Translations under genes and position numbers: made by a program
Shown: in pieces, positions 25,624 through 35,442 of the stretch
Layout: each line of letters opens with the position of its first letter
Numbering within the stretch: position 1 is the stretch's first letter
Notes under the pieces: model-generated
What the model was told of the DNA's origin: nothing
Database searches by the model: none
Seen by the model: only the letters and a program-made list of their open reading frames with translations
Assembly (NCBI RefSeq): GCF_035594765.1
Contig: NW_026943818.1
Coordinates: 36,835,150 to 36,899,149, forward strand
Origin: Anolis carolinensis
Lineage: Eukaryota
DNA: 64,000 nt
Reading direction: 5' to 3'

Positions 25624-25808
25624 CTAATCTGGCCACCGAAGTGCAGGGCTTTGGGCCAGCGGAGGGGCAACAGGGCTACTTTGTGCGCCTGGGATCTCTC
25701 TCCAGCAAGGTCCGCCGTCGGGCCTACCTGCATTCACTGACCAAGCTTCGGCACATGAAGGAACGCACCCAGGACCGGCTCTCCCAGCTCCAGCAAGTCA
25801 TCAGCCTG
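25624..25808 (+). CDS. PLIN3: Perilipin coding exon 5
   Basis: [22 protein letters not shown] perilipin motif; tttcag/gtaagt. Confidence 0.92.
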
Positions 25809-25865
25809 GTAAGTCAGATGAGTAATAATAGTAATAGTAATAATAATAAATAAATAAATAAATAA

Positions 25866-26821
25866 TAAAGCAAAGTGAAGAACCTGCTCTGATTGAAGTC
25901 AAAAATCAGAAACTCCTCAAAGCACAGCAGACAAAAAAATCAGTACAAGAAAACCGCACTACAAACTAGAGCTGACAGCTGGCACAATAAAACATTGCAT
26001 GGAAAGTTCCTTGACAAAATTGAAGGAAAAGCTGATAAGGAGAAGACCTGGCTCTGGCTCACGAATGGGACCCTGAAGAGGGAGACAGAAGGCCTGATCC
26101 TTGCAGCCCAGGAGCAAGACATCAGGACAAAGGCAATTCAGGCCAAGATCGAAAAATCAGCTGATGACCCAAAATGAAGACTGTGCAAGGAAACCGACGA
26201 AACCATGGATCATATCCTCAGCTGCTGTAAGAAAATCGCACAGACAGGTTACAAACAGAGGCACAACTATGTGGCCCAAATGATTCATTGGAACTTATGT
26301 CTCAAGTACCACCTCCCAGCAGCAAAGAACTGGTGGGATCACAAACCTGCAAAAGTATTGGAAAATGAGCACGCAAAGATACTTCCGAATCCAGACTGAC
26401 AAAGTTCTGGAACACAACACACCAGACATCACAGTTGTGGGAAAGAAAAAGGTTTGGATCATTGATGTCGCCATCCTAGGTGACAGTCGCATTGACGAAA
26501 AACAACAGGAAAAACTCAGCCGCTCTCAGGACCTCAAGATTGAACTGCAAAGACTCTGGCAGAAACCAGTGCAGGTGGTCCCGGTGGTGATCTGCACACT
26601 GGGTGCCGTGCCAAAAGATCTCAGCCGGCATTTGGAAACAATAGACATTGACAAAATTACGATCTGCCAACTGCAAAAGGCCACCTGACTGGGATCTGCA
26701 CGCATCATCCGAAAATATATCACACAGTCCTAGACACTTGGGAAGTGTTCGACTTGTGATTTTGTGAAACGAAATCCAGCATATCTATCTTGTTTGCTGT
26801 GTCATACAATGTCGTTGTGTC

Positions 26822-26822
<1 letters not shown>
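25866..26822 (+). mobile_element. 5'-truncated R4/Dong copy in a perilipin intron
   Basis: Same RLE-encoding sequence with stops; flanked by (TAA)n. Confidence 0.85.
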
Positions 26823-26869
<47 letters not shown>

Positions 26870-27122
26870 TTGTACTTGGCATGATTGGGTGTAGTGGTTC
26901 ACGCTAAATCATGGGTCATCATTCTCACTCAGACACGGACTTTAGCAAACGACAACTACCAGGATTGCATGGAGCAGGACTGCATGCGACCAGCTGCAAA
27001 AATCGATATGGTGATGCTTCTCGTTGTGTTGTGTCTCAGCTAAAGCGGGATGTAAATAAATAATATTATCTTCTAATATTGTTTCTCTTGAATTTTCCCA
27101 CCCTTCTGCCCACTTCCGTCAG

Positions 27123-27248
27123 GTCGAGCAGCTCAAAAAAGGTGTGGGGCAGCGGGTGCAAGACGCGCAGCAGAAACTGAACCAGTTGGTGGCCGAATGG
27201 ACCCAGACGCAGCCGGGAGGCGTTGCCGAAGGAGACCTCCCGTCCGAG
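27123..27248 (+). CDS. PLIN3: Perilipin coding exon 6
   Basis: VEQLKKGVGQRVQDAQQKLNQLVAEW...; 126 nt, phase 0. Confidence 0.88.
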
Positions 27249-27281
27249 GTACTTTGGAGGAACTCAGGCCTTCCCCATTCC

Positions 27282-27344
<63 letters not shown>

Positions 27345-27680
27345 AATCGACGAGGATTGGATGAAAGTTAAAGACTCCACCTTCGTAACTCAGTAGATGG
27401 CAGTACTGGTATGCAACAGGTACTGGCCTGTTCAGTAGACTCTCCTCTACAGTTAATTCCATTTGGCGGGAAGCCTTAGCATTGAACGGTTGTGTTGTTA
27501 AAGGGCGAAGTATGGAACCCTGTGCAGACGGGGAAGCCTTAGCATTGAACAGTTATTTATTTATTTATTTATTTACAGTATTTATATTCCGCCCTTCTTT
27601 CTCACCCCGAAGGGGACTCAGGGCGGATTACAATGAACACATATATGGCAAACATTCAATGCCAACAGACAAACAACATA

Positions 27681-27997
27681 CAGTAGAGTCTCACTAATCC
27701 AAGCTAAACAGGCCGGCAGAAGCTTGGATAAGCGAATATCTTGGATTATAAGGACTGATCAAGGAAAAGCCTATTAAACATCAAATTAGGTTATGATTTT
27801 ACAAATTAAGCACCAAAACTTCATGTTATACAACAAATTTGACAGAAAAAGTAGTTCAATATGCAGTAATGTTATGTTGTAATTACTATTTACGAATTTA
27901 GCACCAAAATAACACGATATATTGGAAACATTGACTACAAAAATGGCTTGGATTATCCAGAGGTTTGGATAAGCGAGGCTTGGATTAGTGAGACTCT
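27681..27997. mobile_element. Same MITE family, right TIR damaged
   Basis: CAGTAGAGTCTCACTAATCCAA start and family-typical interior. Confidence 0.8.
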
Positions 27998-28019
27998 TAG
28001 TGAGACAGACACAGAGGCA

Positions 28020-28352
28020 TTTAACTTTTTTTTTCCAGCTTCACGATTCTGGCCACAGGGGGAGCTGTTGCTTCACTGTCCACTAGTGGCTGTACTTCCT
28101 CATTCCTTTCCTCGTGTTTTGCTGGCAGTTTTATGATGTTGTAAATTAGTTAAATTAGCCTCCCGCATAAAGCGTACCTAAATTTCCCTACTTGACAGAT
28201 GCAACTGTCTTTCGGGGCTGCATAGGTCAACAGCAAGCCGGGCTATTTAATGGTCGGGGGCTTAACCCGACCCGGGCTTCGAACTCATGACCTCTCGGTC
28301 AGTATTGATTTATTGCAGCTGGTTACTAGCCAGCTGCGCCAGAGCCCGGCCC
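28020..28352 (-). mobile_element. tRNA-derived SINE (second family)
   Basis: Minus-strand GGGCCGGGCTCTGGCGCAGC head, B box GAGTTCGAAGCC, A-rich tail. Confidence 0.65.
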
Positions 28353-28493
28353 TAGACACGGTTGTGTTGTTAAAGTGCCAAGTATGGAACCCTGCGCAGA
28401 CGGGGAAGCCTTAGCATGATCCCTTGGATGCAACTCAAAGATCCTGTGATTCTAACTCTTGGATGACAGTTAATCTTGTTTCCCCGACCACAG

Positions 28494-29099
28494 GTGGAGC
28501 CCCGTGCCTTGGCCCTGCTGCGCTTCGTGACCCAGGACCTGGGCCCGGTGTCCCTGCGCCTGGTGGGGGTCCTGAAGGGTCTACCCCGCAGCCTCCGTGA
28601 GAGGGTGAACCAGGCACTCCATAACGCCTTACAGCTCCACGCCTCCTTCTCCACGGTCTCCTCCATCCACGACCTCTCCGACGGCACCTTGACCCAGGCA
28701 CACAAGACGGCCACCCAGGCCCGGGAGTGCCTGGACACCCTGGTCAAGCACATTGCCCAGGCTGCGCCGCTGAACTGGGTCGTTGGGCCTTTCCGTCCCT
28801 CATATCCCCTCGACAATAACAAAACAGAAACGTCCCATCCCAATGATCAGGAGATGGAAGAGATACCAGACGCGGATGTTGGAGAAGAGATACCGGCCGC
28901 GGACGTCGGAGAACCGCCGAAAGAGATGGAAAAGGCATCCGGAGGGCTCGGATCGGTGGACGAAAGTGGAGCCCAAGAAAACGCCGAGGTGCTGACCAAG
29001 GTTTGGTCCGACATGCCAAGGAAGGCGAGGAAGCAAGAGGAGCGAGCCGTGCCGGAGAAGGCGTGCAAAAGCGACCTCAACCAGGTCTCCGAGCATTAG
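28494..29099 (+). CDS. PLIN3: Perilipin last coding exon (four-helix bundle, WVVGPF, long acidic tail); total about 584 aa
   Basis: VEPRALAL...GLP...PLNWVVGPF; PLIN3 identity rests mainly on synteny between ARRDC5 and TICAM1 and on exon phases. Confidence 0.85.
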   Translation: MEPRALALLRFVTQDLGPVSLRLVGVLKGLPRSLRERVNQALHNALQLHASFSTVSSIHDLSDGTLTQAHKTATQARECLDTLVKHIAQAAPLNWVVGPFRPSYPLDNNKTETSHPNDQEMEEIPDADVGEEIPAADVGEPPKEMEKASGGLGSVDESGAQENAEVLTKVWSDMPRKARKQEERAVPEKACKSDLNQVSEH

Positions 29100-29164
29100 A
29101 TGCCTTCAACGCCCATCCCAAGTTGAAATGAACGGTTGTGTTGTTCAGGGGCAGCTAACAAAGG

Positions 29165-29425
29165 ATGCCCCCAGGCAGGAAGAAGCCAGTAGATGAAGCT
29201 ATTTAATGCTAATTAAGGTGATTAACTACAACATTCACACTGGCCTCCAACTGACAAGAGTTCTTCTCTCACCCTAGACTTTCCACAGATATATATAAAC
29301 CTTCCTTGCTTAGTTTCTCCATACCTCACAACCTCTGAGGATGCCTGCCATAGATGTGGGTGAAACGTCAGGAGAGAATGCTTCTAGAACATGGCCATAC
29401 AGCCCGGAAAACATACAACAACCCC
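29165..29425 (+). mobile_element. Penelope-like element terminal (pLTR) remnant
   Basis: Repeat shared with 35088-35420, 43652-43780, 44682-45117 and 49390-49725; carries a hammerhead motif. Confidence 0.7.
29325..29377 (+). ncRNA. Minimal type I hammerhead ribozyme motif (Penelope-associated)
   Basis: CCT-CTGAGGA-T-GCCTGC-loop-GTGGGT-GAAAC-GTC^AGG: CUGANGA and GAAA cores, stem II, palindromic mini stem III, GUC site. Confidence 0.75.
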
Positions 29426-30269
29426 GATTGTGTTGTTAAAGTGTGAAGTACGGAACTTACTGCGCAGATGGGGAAGCCTCTTCCCACTCAAAGACTCTTT
29501 GAAATGCCTGAGAAAGAGCACTGGATGTTGTGTCGTTTCCAAGCTGTATGGATGTATTCTCGCATCATTTTCTCCTGACATTCCACCTGCATCCTCAGAA
29601 GACTCCAGCCACAGATGCGGGCAAAATGTCAGAAGAAAATGATGCTAAAATACAGCCATACAGCTTGGAAACCACACAACAACATGCCAATTATTCCGTG
29701 AGAGTCTTCAACAGCATTAGATGTCTTTGCTTCCAATACAAGCCTATTAAATGTCAACATTCCAGTGAATTCGCCATGAAATCCTTCAACAGCATTTAGA
29801 TACCTTTGCTTCTAACACAAGCCTATTAAATGTCAACATGTTTCTGCGATGCCTTCCTGAACGGCAAGGGGTTGGACTAGATGGCCTCTGGGATCCCTTC
29901 TGACTCTACGAAGCGCCCAGAAAAGAGCATTAGATGCCTTTGTTTCTGATTCACGGAAGAAGTCGACACTTGGTTTACACAACCGACGTCTCACAGTCCC
30001 CATCGTGTTGTCTTCGCCTTTGTCATCCACAAAAGAAAACGAAATAAATATTAAGCATGTAAACAAAGGAAACATACGACTGCTAACCTTACAACAAGGG
30101 CTATCTAGTCCATCCCTGCTCTGCACAACTAAAACACTCCTTAAAGAGGACCATCCACCTTCCTGTTTTCTAACAAAAGCTGAGAATTTCCATAAACTTT
30201 TCTTAACTGTGTGTATACATGAAGTCTTCTTTCCCACTTCGTTTATTGCCATTTGTATTACAGATAATA

Positions 30270-30309
<40 letters not shown>

Positions 30310-30313
<4 letters not shown>

Positions 30314-31262
30314 GCAAAGTGAAGACCCTGCTTTGATTGAAGTAAAAAATCAGAAACTCCTCAAAGCACAGCAGACAAAAAAAAAACAGTACAAGAAAAC
30401 CGCACTACAAACTAGAGTTGACAGCTGGCACAACAAAACATTGCATGGAAAGTTCCTTGACAAAATTGAAGGAAAAGCTGATAAGGAGAAGACCTGGCTC
30501 TGGCTCACAAATGGGACCCTGAAGAAGGAGACAGAAGGCCTCATCCTTGCAGCCCAGGAGCAAGACATCAGGACAAAGGCCATTCAGGCCAAGACTGAAA
30601 AATCAGCTGATGACCCAAAATGCAGACTGTGCCAGGAAGCTGACGAAACCATGGATCATATCCTCAGCTGCTATAAGAAAATCGCACAGACAGACTACAA
30701 ACAGAGGCACAACTATGTGGCCCAAATGATCCATTGGAACTTATGCCTCAAGTACCACCTCCCAGCAGCAAAGAACTGGTGGGATCACAAACCTGCAAAA
30801 GTATTGGAAAATGAGCACGCAAAGATACTGTGGGACTTCCGAATCCAGACTGACAAAGTTCTGGAACACAACACACCAGACATCACAGTTGTGGAAAAGA
30901 AAAAGGTTTGGATCATTGATGTTGCCATCCCAGGTGACAGTTGCATTGACGAAAAACAACAGGAAAAACTCAGCCGCTATCAGGACCTCAAGATTTAACT
31001 TCAAAGACTCTGGCAGAAACCAGTGCAGGTGGTCCCAGTGGTGATGGGCACACTGGGTGCCATGCCAAAAGATCTCAGCCGGCATTTGGAAACAATAGAC
31101 ATTGACAAAATCATGATCTGCCAACTGCAAAAGGCCACCTGACTGGGATCTGCGCGCATCATCCGAAAATACATCACACAGTTCTGGACACTTAGCAAGT
31201 GTTCGACTTGTGGTTTTGTGAAACGAAATCCAGCATGTCTATCTTGTTTGCTGTGTCATAAT
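30310..31262 (+). mobile_element. 5'-truncated R4/Dong copy
   Basis: CRLC..H..C, RHNYV, PDITVV..IIDVAIPGD; (TAA)n flank. Confidence 0.85.
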
Positions 31263-31288
31263 AAAATAATAATGGTAATTAGGAGGAA

Positions 31289-32199
31289 CTAGCTGTGTCC
31301 GGCCACACGTTGCTGTGGCAAAGTCTACTCTTCTGACTGGCAGCCAGGGAAAAAGGGCTCTTCCTTGTCCTCTGTAATTTGGACTTTATTTTTCTAGGGT
31401 TTTTTATTGAAAGACATAGATTGGATGACTATGTCTTTTGTGGCCAAATTTGGTGTGATTTGGTTCAGTGGTTTTTCTGTTTACTCCATGGGAAAAATGC
31501 ACATTACATTTTTATATATATAGACTAGCTGTGCCCAGCCACACGTTGCTGTGGCGAAGTATGGTGGTATGGGAAATAAAGTATTGAGGAATTAGTGGTA
31601 GTTAAGGTAAAGGGTAAAGGTTTTACCTTACATCAAGTCCATTATAAATGGGTTATATAGCTGTGTGGAAGGGCCTTGAGTCTACACTGCCATATAATCC
31701 TGTTCAAATCAGATAATCTGTATTTTATAGGCAGTGTGGAAGAGGCCTAAGTGAGGCCTAACTCTGCCTGTCCCCTGGGCTGAGTGGGATGCTAGGAGAC
31801 CAAGTGGGCGGATCTTAGCCTTCTAACTGGCAGCAATTGGATAAAAACAAAACAAAAAGCTCAGCCCAGGGGACAGGCAGAGTTAGACCTCACTTAGGCC
31901 TCTTCCACACTGCCTATAAAATACAGATTATCTGGTTGTAACTGGATTATATGGCAGTGTAGACTCAAGGCCCTTCCACACAGCTATATAACCCATTTAT
32001 AGCCTTCTAACTGGCAGCAATTGGATAAAAACAATTCTTCCTTCTCCCTCTAATTAGGACTTTATTTTTCTTTTCTTTTTGTTGTATGAACGTAGAGGCA
32101 TGGATGAGGGGTTGTGCTACCAAGTTTAGTGTTTCTGGGATGTGTAGTTTTGTTGTTTTGTCCTAGGCTGAAATTTCATTACCCTTTTATATATATAGA
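31289..32199 (-). mobile_element. Two head-to-tail non-autonomous Helitrons (31289-31524, 31525-32199)
   Basis: Each has 5' TC(TA)n and 3' hairpin + CTAG; direct CTAG|TC junction. Confidence 0.85.
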
Positions 32200-32799
32200 T
32201 GTAAAGAAGGGCTGGAAAAATCTATCTATACACATAATAAACGTTAAAATGTGTATGCGTGTGTGGCTGGGGTGTGTCCACTTCCACAGACAAACTCCCA
32301 CTTCCACTAACAGACCTGGACATTTTGAAATTGTAGGTACTGGGATGTATAGTTTACCTACAATGAAAGAGCACTCTGAACTTCACCAAAGATGGAATTG
32401 GACCAAACTTGGCACACAGAGCCCCCATGACCAGCAATAAATACTGGAAGTCTTTGGAGGAAATTCACCTTGATTTGTGGGAGTTGTAGTTCACCTACAT
32501 CTAGAGAACACTTTGAACCCAAACACCGATGCATCTCGACCAAACTTGGCACACAGACCTGATATGCCAACATGTGATTACTGGGCTCACAAAGATGAGG
32601 GATGAAAAGAATCTCGTTGCAACAAGTCGGCACAAGAAATTGACGGATTGAACACCAGCCATGTCTTTGACTGCACTGGGTGGGGTGATGGGAGTTGTAG
32701 TCCAACCGGTTTCTTTGGTAATAATAATCCCTTCAAGGGAAGGAGTGGCCAACCGGTTTAGGCGTGCGGAAGAAGCACAAAAACAATAGAGACATGGCA

Positions 32800-33410
32800 A
32801 AGATGCAGGTGAACTACAACTCCCAAATATCTAGGTCAATTTTCCACGGACTCCTGCAATATGTTCAATTGGTCATGGGGGTTTTCTGTGCCAAGTTTGG
32901 TTCTGTGCCAAGTTTGTTGGTGGGGGTCACAAAATCTCTGCATGCAGGTGAAATACAACTCCCAAAAAATCAAGATCAATTCCCCTCAAATCCCTGCACT
33001 ATGTTCAGTTGGTTATGGGCCTTCTCTGTGCCTAGTTTGGTCCCGGTCCATTGTCGGTGAGGATCACAAAATCTCTGGATGCAGGTGAACTACAACTCCC
33101 AAAAAAAATCAAGATCAATTTCCCCCAAATCTCTCCAATATGTTCAATTGGTCATGGGGTTTCTCTGTGCCTAGTTTGGCCCCAGTCCATTGTTGGTGAG
33201 GATCACAAAATCTCTGGATGAAGGTGAACTACAACTCCCAAAAAAATCAAGTTCAATTCCCCTCAAATCCCTACAGTACGTTCAGTTGGTTATGAGCCTT
33301 CTCTGTGCCTAGTTTGGTCCCGGTCCATTGTTGGTGAGGATCACAATATCTCTGGATGCAGGTGAACTACAACTCCCAAAAAACAAGGTCAAAATCAAAC
33401 CCTTGCAAAA
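32800..33410. repeat. ~140-bp tandem array
   Basis: Repeated ATGCAGGTGAACTACAACTCCCAAA. Confidence 0.8.
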
Positions 33411-33699
33411 TTCCTAGATCCTTTTCCTATGGATTATGACTTCCGATTCCTAGATCAGTTTCCTACGGATCATGACTTCCCATGATACTATCCTCGTATG
33501 GATGCAACCTAGAATCGCATTGGCCTTTGCCGCTGCAGCATCACACTGTCGGCTTCCAAAGACTCCGAGAACACAGCCAAATTCATCTCTGCGCAATGCA
33601 ATGTGTAATGTGTAGCACCACACATTTCTTCCTGTTGGAAGTCATTGTGTTTGTTTAGGCCTCAGCTGTGCAAGTATTTTAGACTCTGATCCTGAACTT

Positions 33700-33885
33700 T
33701 GAACCAGGAAACGGGCTCAAAACTTTCAGGAAGCGGCTCAAATCAGAGCCCAGACGCTTCCTGTTTCCTTGCTGCACATGCTCCACCTCAAAGGCCAACA
33801 TCGCCAGGGACTCCCCGCTGCTTCGGGCAAGTAGCCGGCCCTTTTTAGCAACCGAAGCCTGGCTGGATTGGTGGCAAAGAGCCAG
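33700..33885 (+). promoter_or_regulatory. Candidate TICAM1 promoter and non-coding exon 1
   Basis: Unique GC-richer island with ETS-like GGAA cores, NF-kB-like GGGACTCCCC 33807-33816, strong donor CAG|GTAAGG after 33885. Confidence 0.5.
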
Positions 33886-35087
33886 GTAAGGAATTGGCAA
33901 GAAAATCACATTCCTCTCTTCAAAGAGGAAGGAAAGAACAATTCAACAATTGTTGTTATTCAACATGCAGCATTGGACTTAGGCAATGAAGTCTCCTATC
34001 TTGGAGGTTTGTAAAAAATCTAGATGGCCATCAATCGGGACGGCTTGGATGGTGTCTTCTGTGAAATGTGAGCCTCCTTCTTGGCAAAGCGCACTCAGTC
34101 TGGCCATCTGTGGGGAGGGCTTGGATGGTGTCTTCTATGAAATGTGGCCCTCCTTGGCAAAGCGCACTCAGTCTGGCCATCTGTCGGGAGGGCTTAGATG
34201 GTGTCGTCTGTGAAATGTGGCCCTCCTTCTTGGCAAAGTGCACCCTGGATGGCCATCTGTCGGGAAGGCTTGGATGGTGTCGTCTGTGAAATGTGGCCCT
34301 CCTTCTTGGCAAGGATCACCTTCCCAAAACAAGCTTTCCTAGGCCTTCATCTCCTTCTCTAGCAGTTTTTAAACAAAGGCTGGGTGGCCATCTGTCGGGA
34401 GGGTTTTGATTGTGTTCCTGCCTGGCAACAAGGGGGTGGACTAGATGTCCCTTGGGGGGGAGGTCTCATACAAATCTAGGATTCAACTATTCCATAGCTC
34501 TCTTTCTCCATGCTTAATGTCTATGAGGTCAGATGGCCATCTGTCGGGAGGGATCGAACGGTGTTCCTGCCTGGCGGAAAGGGGGTTGGACTGGATGGCC
34601 TTTGGGAGTCCCTTTCTAGGATGCTTATCTACATTCCCACTGTGTTTCGGAAAAACTTTTCTATTTCTTGTCCAACAATGCTTCTTAGGCAATGCTTTGC
34701 TGATATTGCATTATTATTATTATTGCAGCAGACTGCTTTGATGCAATCTGATTTTAATCTCACCTAAACGGTAGTTTCGCTGTTTACCTTTAATACCTTG
34801 CATTGCGTTTGAATCACGTTATTCTTTTAATGTGCAATTATTTTATGCGCTGCTGTATTGCCTTATGTTTATTTTGTATGTGAACGTTCTATTGACTCAG
34901 AGCATCAGTAAGCTAATATTGATTAAACGGTCCATTTTTTAATGCAGTTCGTGTTTAATTCTATTTTAAATGCTTGTCTATTTATAGGTTTTTAATTATA
35001 TTGTTTTTATTGTGAGCCACTTTGAGTTTCTTTTTTAGAGAGATACAAAGAGATAATGGTAGTAGTAGTAGTAGTAATAATAATAAT

Positions 35088-35420
35088 GAGTTGCTGAGTT
35101 TTTCAGGCTGTCTGGCCATGTTCCAGAAGCATTCTCTCCTGATGTTTCGCCCACATCTATGGCAGGCATCTCCAGAGGTTGTTAGATCTAGGAAAGTGGG
35201 GTATATATATCTGTGGGATGATGTCCAGGGTGGGAGAAAGAACGATCTGTTTGAGGCAAGTATGAATGTTGCCGTCGGCCACCTTGATTAGCACTGAATG
35301 GCCTTGCAGCTTCAAAGCCAGGCTGCTTCCTGCCCGAGGGAATCCTTTGTTAGGAGCTGTTAGCTGGCCCTGATTGTTTTCTGTCTGGAATTCCTCCGTT
35401 TTCTGAGTCTTGTTTTATTT
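35088..35420 (-). mobile_element. Penelope remnant with degenerate hammerhead, directly before the TICAM1 acceptor
   Basis: Reverse complement of the pLTR; core mutated to CTGGAGA. Confidence 0.7.
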
Positions 35421-35442
35421 CCTTCCCAGGTGATATTGAAAG

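Noticed and set aside
30219-30998. 259-aa ORF as a host gene
   Set aside because: C-terminal fragment of the R4/Dong ORF read in from a TAA tract; no RT domain, premature stop
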